This document shows positions 1 to 13,600 of a DNA stretch of 64,000 nt, in pieces. The stretch lies in assembly GCA_965235115.1 (NCBI GenBank), contig OZ249439.1, positions 8,680,001-8,744,000 on the forward strand, in the 5' to 3' direction. The notes beneath the pieces are model-generated. The model was not told the DNA's origin. It made no database searches and was given only the letters and a program-made list of their open reading frames with translations. This DNA comes from Laetmonice hystrix (lineage: Eukaryota). Numbering within the stretch: position 1 is the stretch's first letter; each line of letters begins with the position of its first letter. A program made the position numbers and the translations under genes.

Positions 1-1510
1 CAACCACCAATCTTCACCTTGTTATAGCTCCCAGACCTCCTGCTCGGCAATTACAGGCTCACAGCTCCCGTAAACTAGGAGAATATTCAAACTAACAGAT
101 GATGCTGCATCTGCTCCATAAAATCGTATCATGGTATATGTATCCATGTCATAATCATCATCTGAGCATTAACGTTCACTCACTGACTCATCACATGGAT
201 ACGATTCAAGTGGGAATTACGTCAGAGAACTGTCAAACCTTCACATCACTGTAAATCGGTGGACTGTAAAGGCAAGTCGTATGATCGTATAAGCAGTTCA
301 CCATTGCGATGTTCAGTTGTCGTTCCACTAACCCGCCAAGTACCTACAAGATCCATGTCATTCATTATCCATACTAATAAAAGAGTTACGGAGACACTGA
401 TGAAAAGATGCAGATATTCTGTCAGCCTACTACTTCAGTTTAAAAAATATACATAAATTAGAAAATAGAAACTCACAGAAAATAGTTAATAGAAAAGCAA
501 GTATAGCCGATCACGTCTAGGACCTACACATACAAGTACTTTAAGTGTTGACACTGTCAATGTTTTCAACCAAAGTCTCAAACCCTGGTCCTGAACCACT
601 GCTGTGACCTGGCAACGGTTACGAAGTGCATACTTCACCCCCCCCACCCCCCCCCACACACACACTTTCCCATACTAGTGAGTCCCTACTCTAAGGTTTG
701 TCAGAATCATGACAGACCCTCTAGACGGATACGAAGCCAAACACACTGGGAAAGTGTTGCCAACCCGATGCCGTACTATTAGATTCCAGGCCCCACCGAT
801 ATCATCGGTTTGTTTGCATACAGGACATTGCAAAAGGATCATGTTTGTCGATATTATATCGAATCATAACGGAAGATATTTCAAATAGAGCCGAGGTTAG
901 AAATGATCCTAGCACCCATCAGAACCTTTGGTAGAAACTCACGATACTGTTCGACGATACTCGGCTATCTCCGACAAATCTCGGCATTTCCTGGGTACAC
1001 TGACCGCTCGGTTCTTACTCCGCCATCATCCTCGGGTTCTAGTTCCAGCTGTGGCCAGTGGTGGCGCCACCAACTGGATATTACCGCCTCCACCAGCCAG
1101 CATTCCCCAGTCGTATCAATCGGCGGACAAACAGAGCGAATGTGGCGGCGCCTGGCGGTATGTTACAGAATCAAACCTCCTTGTTGGCGCCCTCTATCGA
1201 CATGAAACCGCACAGCTTGCCGCCGATAAAATTCTTTTCGTCGCTTATAGCCTACATCTACATGTACACCGCATGGTTCATGGTCGTTCATGGTCAGGGA
1301 TTTAGCTGGAGGAGGGGGAGAACTTTCCTTCCTATAATATTATTTGTTTTTATACGAGTATACCTGACATAGGTCTTGCTCTGTTTATCTAGTGTTATCT
1401 AGGGAGACATCTGGGCTATCGGACAAAAGTAAAACATTGGGAGTCGGAAGGAAGTCATTCCCCTCCCCCTCTAAATCCGGCCCGACCGACCTAATACAAA
1501 GTCTGCTTAC

Positions 1511-1647
1511 CTTGGGGTCGATCTTCTTATTGCCAGCGTCGTCCTCGTCCATTTCAAAGTAGAGTTCGGACTTGGTGATTGACATGGTGCCATGGACGAC
1601 TGCTCCGGGCGAGATGAGTTTACACAGCGTAGAGAGGGCCACGGGTC
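1511..1647 (-). CDS. NBEA: NBEA exon: [46 protein letters not shown] (PH domain start; last exon found)
   Basis: ccccag / gtaagc, phase 1 to 0. Confidence 0.93.
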
Positions 1648-4600
1648 CTGGGGAGTCAAAGGTCAAAGGTTAGCTTACCGGCCGGCCAGACGAACAACTG
1701 GCATTATCATCAGACCACTGCGTATACAATACTACAACCCGCCAAACTAAATACATGGGTAAACATCCTACTTCTGTTCTACTACTCGTGTAACTCTGTA
1801 CTCTACCGTAAAAACATCCTACTTCTGTTATACTACTCATGTAATTCAGTACTCTAAAACATCCTACTTCTGTTATACTACCCATGTAACTCTGTACTCT
1901 ACCGTAAAAACATCCTTCTTCTGTTATACTACTCATGTAACTCTGTACTCTACCGTAAAAAACATCTTACTTCTGTTATACCACCCATGTAACTCTGTAC
2001 TCTACCGTAAAAACATCCTACTTCTGTTATACCACTCATGTAACTCTGTACTCTACCGTAAAAACATCCTACTTCTGTTATACTACCCATGTAACTCTGT
2101 ACTCTACCGTAAAAAAACATCCTACTTCTGTTATACTACTCATGTAACTACTACTCATGTAACTCTGTACTCTACCGTAAAAATATCCTACTTCTGTTAT
2201 ACTACCCATGTAACTCTGTACTCTACCGTAAAAACATCCTACTTCTGTTATACTACTCATGTAACTCTGTACTCTACCGTAAAAACATCCTACTTCTGTT
2301 ATACTACTCATGTAACTACTACCCATGTAACTCTGTACTCTACCGTAAAAAATGCTACTTGTGTTATACTAACTACCACTCAACCGTAAAAACATCCTAC
2401 TCATGTTATATTATCTTCGACTGAACCGTAAAAATACCCTACTTATGTTGTTTCACCCCTACTGTACTCAACCGTAAAAGCACATCCTACTGATGTTGTA
2501 CTACTATAACTCAACCATAACAATATCCTACCTATGTTGTACTACTATATCTCAACCATCAAAACATCCTACCGATGTTATAGTAACCACTACTGTAACA
2601 CTGTTCACATTACTAAATGATCTGTGCCTAAGTGACGTTAACATCGTTCACAGATCAGAACCGACAATTTGTGTCTCTGTCCCAACAGATAATCGCATCC
2701 AACGGTCAGGTTAGTCTTAGCCTTTTACTACCTAATAAAACTTATGTATATTTACTGTTTATCAAAGCTAGTTCATGCCTTTAATTGCCAATTACACAAA
2801 GATGTTCCAAGGTCTTCCGTTATAATATTTGCATAAGCAGTGGCTCAGGAAGAGCAATTAGACACTTAGCTTAAAAACGAATGTATGTACAGTGACACAG
2901 TATAAAACACAATAGAAATTTCATAAAATCAGCATCAAGATACACAAAGGGTGCTAAAACAGAGGTGTTGTGTTAGCAGGATAAAATCTGGTATTAGTGT
3001 AAGCAGGTTCGGCGTTAGGGTCTATGTACTGCAACGGTGAGGTAGACCCTACATATAATATAAACATAAATTAGCTGCAACATAAGAATGTCATGAAATA
3101 AAGTGATGCGAATTGGATTTACTGTGAACCGATCTGTAAAATCAAGGACTACTCATATCTACAAGTCTACCTGCATGCGGCTTAGGTGTAACTTTTTTTT
3201 TGGGGGGGGGGGGGGGGCTCAAAAATGTACCAATGAATCTCCACTTGAATTTCGGTTAACAAATCACGATCTTTTAATAATTTGCAGTTTCTGTTTCAAT
3301 TTCTTCTGGTTTTAAATGGTGTTGAAATGGCAAGCTGTAGAATTTTCAAGACGGAAAGATCAATGCAATCTTTACATGTTGTTAAATTTCCTTTGTTCGA
3401 GAGAGTTGTAATGTGTAGAGCGTACAAGCCGACGTATCGTTGGACCAGTAATCTGTCCACGGTGACGTCTAACAATGCGGCGTGGAGCCAGTAAGCATGG
3501 TGCGATGGATACCGACAGAGTCTGTTTTCTTACTCCTCGACACACAACCATCCTAATTACCGGTTTCATACTCGACGTTTTCAACAGGTCACGGGAGGTT
3601 TGGCACGCAAAACAACGAGCAATTCATTTACAAGGAATTCTTCCAGTCATTTTAATTCTAAATATGTTAATTTAAGCAACAGTTAAATTTTCTGATCGAA
3701 TGTGCCTTGGAGTTTAGGGTAAAACAAGAATTCAAATTTTGAGTGCGCATGTAACCGACACATTGACCATTCAACAGTGATGTGGCGAGGGTTCGGATTG
3801 GTGGTGGTGGTGGTCGGGTGGTGGTGGTGGTGTGGTGGTGGTGGTGGGGGGGGGGGGGGGGTAACGGCTAGCTCAACAAAAGGTGGTTCATTGCCTGATT
3901 TCTTTCTCTGGCCTTTCTCGTCCGTTTCTGCAAGTGTTAAAGAAAGGGGAGTGCTTGGTTAGAGTAAGAATGGTAATGTATTCCCAGGACAACAGTAACA
4001 TTAAACTTGTGAAGAATCTCATGGATGTTTTTCTAGGCAAACCAAGGTTTATCATGATTTCTAACGCCAAACCAACAATTTACCGCTCAAAGTTCAAATC
4101 GGTAGTGTAAAACCAGTCAAATAGAAAAATGTTTTCATTTAAAACAATCCTCAACTTTTAACAAAAATAATTGTACATCGGCTGTACATTTCCAGATAAA
4201 CCTTGGTCCCTATGTATTATTAAAGTAGAACACTCTTAACTATGTTATGTTACGTTAATAGATTTATTAAAAAATTCAATTTACCTAGGTATATTATCTA
4301 TATATGCTAGTGGTTAGAATTATGGGGTGTTGATCATGTTCTCGTTTAGTAATGATCCTGCAGTGTGACAACTGAACAGAGTGAGGTGAGTGGTTGACCT
4401 ATGGCCGGCCCGTACTGCCCCCTATCGGCTCACCTGCGAACTCGGCGTCGAGTTCTCTCTCGTCGAGTTGGGAGAGATCCTCCTCCGAGGTATCATGTGA
4501 CTGTTGCTGTGTTTTCTGGGTGGCCGCTAGGTGTGCATGGAACGCTTCCCGGGCCGCGTTGATGGCGTCCTCTGTGGCACCTGTGAGAGCAATGGACATG

Positions 4601-7600
4601 TGAGATTAAGGGGGATGTATCCTCTCAACACAAGGTCACATCGGACTTCCATACAACTGTCTGCTTTATACAGGCTTTCAAACCTCCAGAGATATTATTT
4701 TATTATAATATTTTCTTTCATTTTCTCTCTATCACAGAGATAGATTCTGATAGATACTGATTGCTCAGACCATTCCCCGGTTGCGAACTGATCCCGTCCC
4801 CGCCCGGCCTGGGTGAGGGGCCGGAATGGGGACGGGAGTGGGGGAACAGGGTGGGGGACTGGGCTCCAAGACCCACCGTGTTCAATGGCTGCCCTCAAGG
4901 TGGCCTCAGGATGGACGGAGCCTAGAGCGTTCTTCACCAGGCGGCGCCTCCGTCGAGAGTCGTCCTCCCAGCTGTCCAACTTCCAGAAATCGAGCGACTT
5001 TCTGTTGGAAACACAACAAAAGCAACATTTAAACCCTCATCTCATTCTTTGAAACGGGAAGAATGTGTGAACTGGTCCGTTTCAGTGATAAGGTGGACAA
5101 TTTACCGGAGAACCATGAACGCAGGTCAAGTTTAGTAAGATATTGTGTCACTCACTCAGTGACCGGCACTCCCCACGGGCCATGTTTGTTGGTGAGGATA
5201 TTGACGACTTTATCCCGTAACTTGGAGGCGATCACGTGATCACGTCGACGCGCTGACGTAATGAGATGATCACAGAGTTTCTCTTCCTCCCGTCTGTCAA
5301 CCATCGTCTGCGCTCCCATCGACTGAAACAATAACTGAGGTCAGACTGGCTGGTTTGACGATCGGTACACGGCCACCGTACGTCATGGAGGAGACAACGT
5401 TCTCATTAAATAACCGACCTTTACAAGTACAACAAGCCCATAGTAATCTCCCGGATCTTATTCAGTATGTATACATGCACATGTACATGATTTCTGATAT
5501 CCTCCTCTGTTCTATTCAAAAAGGCTCATCCTAACATATTTCCAAGAGGACAAAGTTGTATACTACTTTACAAATGTATTGTTCAGGGATCCTGCTAGTG
5601 TTGATCCCAGTAAACGCTCAGTCTGAATTCAGACTGCTGCCTCACCTCAAACTCCGCGTGTTTCTGAACATCGTCAGCCCTCATTCTGTTCAAGATGAAC
5701 TCCGCCTCATTGGCTACACGTACAATGTGGTCACGGGTGGCGTGGGACAGCAACCTAAATATAACATATACACTCCCTAAAATACAGCAGTAATCACCAG
5801 CCTATGGGCAGTCCGCTTTTATAAACAGACCAGACAAACTCACTTTTGGTGCAGTACTAAAACAATGTGATAGCAAGAAGTGGTGAGCTTCCAATACAGA
5901 GTATGTTGTTCTTCGTTGTAGTGATTGTGAAGGTGTTACCGTAAAAATTGGACCGTTACTGGTCTATTACATGATTCCTAACGTTCTCCCCTTACTGTAA
6001 TGGTCTGTTACATGATTCCTAACGTTCTCCCCTTACTGTACTGGTCTGTTACATGATTCCCAACGTTCTCCCCTTACTGTACTGGTCTGTTACAAGATTC
6101 CTAACGTTCTCCCCTTACTGTACTGGTCTGTTACATGATTCCCAACGTTCTCCCCTTACTGTACTGGTCTGTTACATGATTCCTAACGTTCTCCCCTTAC
6201 TGTACTGGTCTGTTACATGATTCCTAACGTTCTCCCCTTACTGTACTGGTCTGTTACATGATTCCTAACGTTCTCCCCTTACTGTACTGGTCTGTTACAT
6301 GATTCCTAACGTTCTCCCCTTACTGTACTGGTCTGTTACATGATTCCTAACGTTCTCCCCTTACTGTACTGGTCTGTTACATGATTCCTAACGTTCTCCC
6401 CTTACTGTACTGGTCTGTTACATGATTCCTAACGTTCTCCCCTTACTGTACTGGTCTGTTACATGATTCCTAACGTTCTCCCCTTACTGTACTGGTCTGT
6501 TACATGATTCCTAACGTTCTCCCCTTACTGTACTGGTCTATTACATGGTTCCTAACGTTCTCCCCTTACTGTAATGGTCTGTTACATGATTCCTAACGTT
6601 CTCCCCTTACTGTACTGGTCTGTTACATGATTCCTAACGTTCTCCCCTTACTGTACTGATCTGTTACATGATTCCCAACGTTCTCCCCTTACTGTATTGG
6701 TCTGTTACATGATTCCTAACGTTCTCCCCTTACTGTAATGGTCTGTTACATGATTCCTAACGTTCTCCCCTTACTGTACTGGTCTGTTACATGATTCCTA
6801 ACGTTCTCCCCTTACTGTAATGGTTCGTTACATGATTCCTAACGTTCTCCCCTTACTGTACTGGTCTGTTACATGATTCCCAACGTTCTCCCCTTACTGT
6901 ATTGGTCTGTTACATGATTCCTAACGTTCTCCCCTTACTGTACTGGTCTGTTACATGATTCCTAACGTTCTCCCCTTACTGTACTGATCTGTTACATGAT
7001 TCCTAACGTTCTCCCCTTACTGTAATGGTCGGAAGCTGTAAGTGATTCTTACCGTCCCTCATTGACGAGCTCAATGAAAGCAAGGCCTGCATGTTTCTGG
7101 AGCGAGTTCTGCCACTCCTGTGAACACAGCAACATGACCAGCTCCACCACCGACGTGCTCTGTTTCAGGGTCACCAGACCTGACAGGGACAGAGAGAAAT
7201 GTCAGGGATAGAATGATTACAGGGACACATATATAACATAGTGAAGACAGGAATAGAGAGATAATCTACAGACTTACAGATTTACAATTATCTCCACTCA
7301 TAATCTAACCAACCATTACTGGTTCTCATGCCCGGAAGTTTCATCGTAACCTGTGTACCTGCCTGATACATTTTCCACTTCAGTGCCCAGTTTACAAATA
7401 ATCAGTGACTCGTAGCTTGTGTCCAGCTCAGACATAGATTTATTTGGCCCTGGGTATGGTCACTCACCCCCTATAAGAAGCTCCTGTCCGTGAGAACCTA
7501 GCAGCGTCTTAGACAGGAATGGCGCGAAGTCAACAAAGATCTCTCGTAAAAGTGGCGCCACCGACCCTAGCGCCCTCTCGAGGCGTTCCGTCAAACTACC

Positions 7601-10600
7601 CTCCTCCTTGGGAGCGGGAAGGTTAGCGACGTTCTGTGGGAGGTTGGCCTGGAGGTCGAGTTTCTCTGGCCTTGACGACGCATCACCAACTCCTTCCTCC
7701 TGGTTGCTATGGGCAGCGATACTGATGGCTGCGATTGGTTCGTGCCGCCCGTCAGCCTCGCCTTCGCGGGACTCACCCTGAGGCTCGGTCCTCACCTCCG
7801 GGGTGTCCGTCTCGTCTGTGGGATCTAAAATAGGCAGTTAGTCTAGGATGGAGGGTCAGAACGGACCAAAGGGGGGTCTGGGGGTGTTGGTGGACGGTGA
7901 TGGGCAATGGTTTTGTCAAGGGGAATAAGTGCTACATCTGTGGAAAATCTTAGGAAATGGGCAAAGACGTTGAGGTAGAGCTTCAAGACCGCTATTGATA
8001 TAAGAAAGTAATACCATCTTATTCGGAAAACAGGACAACTTGTATCTGATAATTTTCCACTGAGAATCTCATTCCATTAGAGTGTCGTGTGCTGATTATG
8101 ACTCAGAGCTTTTGACTGGCTTCAGGCCATATCTAAGTGGTGAACATTTACTCGACGTACCATCACTGAGGTCCACTTTCTCCATCTCATCTGACCCCTT
8201 CTCCTCTTTCTCCTTCTCCTCCTCCGGATCTGCGGTTTTCTCAGTTCCTTCATCTTTCTTTTCTTCTTTCTCTTCTGTTTTTGATTTAACATCTTCCTCA
8301 GTTTTTACTTCTTCTTTCTTCTCTTCTGTCTTCACTGTTTCGTTGTCAGTCTTCTCTTCTCCATCTGCCAAACCTTTTTCTTCAGAAACTTCTTCCTTCT
8401 CTTCTGCTTTCTCTTTCTTGTCATTTCCTTTGTCATCTTGTTTTTCCTCTTGCTTGGTCTCTTCTAGAAATCAGTAACATCAAAGAAATAGAACAAGTAA
8501 GACAATAGGCCTTCAATAAAACAATCCCAAAGACTGGAAGATGATGAAGGGCACAGAGAGAGTAGATGGTATCCCACCTTCTAGGTCCTTCTTGATGACC
8601 TTGGAGGCGGCGTCTCGTGTCTTGGTGTCGTCAGAGGACGACTCCTCGGTCTGCTCGCCCTCCGAGTCCTTCTCGCCATTCTCCACCACCACAGCAGCGC
8701 CACCTGGTGTCACAGCACCTTGGGTTGAGGCCGTGTCTGACGCCGAGTCGATCACTGAAACACAACCAGTAAGACACGTCAGACTTTTATTATAACTCAC
8801 TCCATATGGAGCAAACTGTGACGTCAGTCAAGGTTCCAGAGAGTGACTGCACGTCGCGGGGGTCGGGAGGGGGGCACGAGGACCTCTGGCGGTCTCTGGG
8901 CCAGCGGCACGGCGGTATTAGTACCAGTTTCCAAACCTAGGTGGCAGCACGTACAGTAAAGGTGAGGACACCAAGACCCGCTGTGCCGTACAGATATACA
9001 TGTATGTTTTACGGTTGACTCGTTGTGGTCATTGCAACCAGAAGTGGAGGGACATACCATATATAGAAGTGGAGGGACATACCATATATAGAAGTGGAGG
9101 GACATACCATATATAGATGTGGAGGGACATACCATATAGATGTGGAGGGACATACCATATATAGATGTGAATCACGAGAGCAACCACGGTAACCTTATAG
9201 TCATGTCAAGAAATGTCAGGAAAATATTGCAGAAAATATAATTTATTAACAAGGAAATTCATGCTGTCACAAATCCAACTACTTCATAAAAAATACATTT
9301 CCCTTAAAAACTTCGCCAGATCAACACCATCTAAAATCTATATAAACTAGATAACATCGACGAAAAGTAATAAGAGAACCGACCACCATTAAAGAAAATT
9401 AAATAATTAAATGGAAATAAATCAAAGTGCTCTATATCAAACTACACAACCGGACTCATTAACTTGGTCGTAACTCCCTCCACCTTTTCTCCTAACCTCC
9501 CTTCACCATACTCCGAGAATGATAACAATAGAGAAAGCCGTACAATATCAAAGTGAATCCACCAGTCACTAGTAAACCGTACAGGTAGTAGAGTCAAGAG
9601 TACAGGAGCAAGGTGTGTACGAGATGTAGTGTTAGAACTAAGACGTTTGACACAAGGTGACGGCCAGTGGGGCCTGGAGAGTGTCAGTGCTCAGGTGAGA
9701 ACAATGAACAGGTGAGTAATTCCAAGGTACAGACAGGTGAGTATTTGAGGTGAGACGACAGGCTGTGTTACTGGTTACTAACACAGACGGTAACAGAGCG
9801 CACCACAAGTTGGTGTTACTGTAGGCAGCCCAGTCCGCTAGGTGGTCATCAGTTACAGTTACTGTTAATGACACGACAACGTGGCCACAACACCAGCGGG
9901 ACTCGGGTACCTTTTCTTGAGCACATCTGGGCGAGGATGCTGGCTCCGTCATCACTGAGATCTTCCTCCGTGTCGAGTGCAGGGCTCGCCGGGGTGTTTG
10001 ACAAGGGAGCCACGCTACAACTCAGGGCTTCCTTTCCCTGCTTACTCCTCGCTAGGGGGCACCACCAACACAGTCCCACCGTCACAATTCATTCCCAATC
10101 AGTTCTTATCAAATATTCTTTAAACAGTCTATGTTGGTCTCATAACATTTCAAGGACTTACACCTTGAATTCTCAAGTCCACAAATACCGGCAGATTAGC
10201 CATGAGAAGATCATGCAATGAGAAGTACCATTTAGTCTTGACAATTTTCTCCAGTTACAGAATTGAAATTCTGCTTTTCTGTCTGATTGATTTTCATAAC
10301 CCTAGTAACCAAGTTCAGATTTCTCAAATCTTTTGTTTCTTGATGAAGAAAGATGAACCGAGTCGATAACTCACCACTGTTTTCTCGATGTGTCGAGGAG
10401 GGTGTTCCAGTGGAACCTCGCGGTGTTCCAGGGGTTCCTCGTGGAGGTTCCAGGATGTCGCGATACTTGGACACCATCAGCACGGAAGCGAAGTACACGA
10501 TGGCGAGTGCAAGGAACTGGGCCTGCTTGGTTTCCTCCTAAGTCAAATGAAGAAACTAAGTCTTTGTCCATACACTATCGGTACAATGATATGGCCTTGT

Positions 10601-13600
10601 ATACATAAAATAGTATGAAAGTAATGACGTATCTCTATTTATCTCCATTATCTCTATACTTACAACATCTCTATAGACGACTGCCCGGAGGCGGTTGATG
10701 TCCATATCCTGGAGCAGTTTCTCAGGGTCCTTGACTGGACTGTTCTGGCCGCCCAAATTCTCTACTATATTCTGAAACAACACAAACGTTTCCCAAAATG
10801 ACAGTTTCTATGGGGCATTGCTTTGGAATCAGCCCAATGCTGGTCATACCAATGGTTGGTCCTTTCCTCCTTCAAAACTCAAGTACAACACTTCACAATT
10901 CACTCACATTTCTGATCCTAACTGATAAACCTCCATAATAATGTCAATGTTTTCCTTTGATCATATCTCAACTCCTCAGGAGCAAATGCAAAAATCTGCC
11001 CTCCCGGAGTGAACAAGACAACATACATTCAAACAAATTTACTCAAATACTTTCGCAAAATTAATTTTCAGTCGAAGATATATATATACTGAAGCGTTGA
11101 TTTGTGATTTGCCAGTGATTTCATGGTCAGTGCTGTTTAAATGAGAGGTACAAACAAGACACTTCACACACGCTTGCTTTTTGGGGCGTTTCTCGCATGG
11201 TTTCAACTGGCTGAGAGGAATTATGTCATAGACTGGAATGGGTGGTTTCTCGTCTGTTCCAGGGAGAAACACACATTTGACATCCACATCATGTTTGGTG
11301 TGATGCTTCAAAATAAACTTTTAATATACTACTCAGAAATGAGTCGAGGTCGGTCATGTAGAGGTGCACAGCAGTTGGAGAGACATTCTTTTATAAATCT
11401 GTAATGTAAACGGCAATCTGGTTCTAAAACCTACGGTAGGACATGCCTACGGTCATTTAGGACAGACATGCTATTCGTACAGTTACCATTTTCCAACTTC
11501 TCTAACTTTGCAAGGCGAGCTCAAGAGAAACGTCACAATGAAAGCTGATAATGCAAGTTGATTAATGTTTATAAAAAGCTGCGAAAGCATTCTGTGAGAA
11601 AAGCCAAGAATTCCACAATCTGACTAGACACAGACAGCGATTATTTCTGACATCTTTTAATAAACGGATCCTATGCACACACTACACTGCCATTAGTGGC
11701 GAACTAACCATCCCAGCCCTAGTGACCGAGGCAGACCTAGTGACGTGCTGGTGGTAGGATGATGTAAGGATGTCTCTCCACTGCCTGCACCTCAACATGT
11801 TCTGACCACAGTGAGCCGTGAGTACACGGCCGGTGGTCGACTTACAGCGGATTCCTCTCCCTTCGTGTTATTACTGGCCTGTGCCTGAGGGCCCACCTTG
11901 GACGAGGGCTGGGCGCCCGTGATGAGGGCCTGGATGGGGTCGGTAGTTGTACGACCGTTAGCGCCGGCCGGTGGGAGCGGAGCACGTGCTGGGGTTGACG
12001 GGGTCTTGGTTTGTCGGTGACGAACCTCGAGACAGTTCCGTACGGCACACGTACATACTGTCAAACAGGACAAAATGTTAGCACATAATGACATAAACAC
12101 CGTCATACTAAATACTTACAGAGTACTACTTCACATTTGTATTATTAGTCTCCCTTTCAAGCTAATTTGTTACCTACATTATATACATCATATAGAGCCA
12201 ACCATAACTTGGCTTCTCCTCAATACCATCGTATTCTTAACGATTATGTCCTCACCGAGTCGCAGACACTGCCGGAGGATTCCCCCGGAGGACATGTTTT
12301 TCTCCTGCTCCAGCTCACTGAAGTTGATGGAGCTGGCAAACACCAGGATGTCGGTCATGTTCATCAGTCGCTGCAGGAAGGACACGGCCTGCTCGATCGA
12401 CAGACCCTGGTTGGGCTCTAGCATCTCAACCTCACCCTGGAGCACCGTCAAATAATGTCACATTTACAAAAACTCTTAGAGCCATTCTACCTTGCAAACT
12501 CTATTCTATCTAAGATGTCTTTCTTTAATGGCGACGAGGCCAGAAAAACAACCGCTTCAGTCCATTGTAACTCTAACTTTACTCTTCATTTTGTTTCTAT
12601 CTTGCACAAAATTGGTGCTGCCACCTAGTGGTGGTATTTAGAGCCACCTTCACGTCACAACATCGGTAACAAAGCCAAACCTCAGCTACAACTTCATGTT
12701 ACTGTAGAAATCTGCTGAAACCTTCACACTATAGGTAATAATAAAAGACCTTTGCTTTTTCCCTTTTTTCGTGATATTTTTTCATGATATCAGGAGGAGT
12801 TAAGTGAGTAGGTTCTTACATTAGGTGATGTGGCAGCAGCAAGCAGAGGGAGCAGACCTCCACAGGCAGTCACAAGGTTATCAGCTAACTGAGAAATCAT
12901 GTGAGTCACGTTCACGACAAAAACGTGATTCTCAGACGCATTCACAAAGTCAATCACAGTCTTGGTGCTGTGTCTGGAAATAAAGATTTCATTCACAAAG
13001 TCAATCACAGTCTTGGTGCTGTGCCTGGAAATAAAGATTTCATTCACAAAGTCAATCACAGTCTTGGTGCTGTGTCTGGAAACAAATATTTTATTTGTTA
13101 ACCGCAGAATTATGGCATATATTTCGGTCTCTGGTCGCTTACTGAACTACTACTATTAAAATATTTAAAGGAAAGAGTTATTCTTTTAGTGTTAACAAGT
13201 TACTGTTGAATAAGGCCCTATTTTTACACAAAACCATTTTACCTCTCATCGGATACATGGTGAACTTTTACATAAGATCCCTCAATAACTGGAGATTATT
13301 ATAGTTACGTTTTCCAGACTTGAATATCTTGCTCCAGTGAGAAGAGTAGATCAGAGAGAAGCCTCTGGTGGAGATACGACCATCTGAACTCAGGGATACG
13401 GAAGGGTGGAGCTCGTGGTCCAGGGCTGAAGATTTGTCGACTTGGTGTCGAGGTTGATGAAGCCTGTTTATTGTAACCTAATGAATGAGGCCGCGGCTTG
13501 GAGCCAGACCCGGAGCCTGCACTGGATGCTGAACTGTTATCTTGGTCTACTGTCGATGTAGACTGACTACGAGTACCTGTGATGTTGGCCTCGTGTTCAG

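Noticed and set aside
903-1372. Overlapping + strand ORFs of 100-125 aa in GC-richer sequence
   Set aside because: No recognisable domain; all minus frames have stops; the expected next NBEA exon (PH/BEACH) is not here.
8801-8936. Extra NBEA exon [22 protein letters not shown]
   Set aside because: In the required phase it hits TGA at 8824-8826; the gtgagt at 8800 would leave only a 45-nt intron. The acceptor-like cctag also overlaps a CTCF-like motif.
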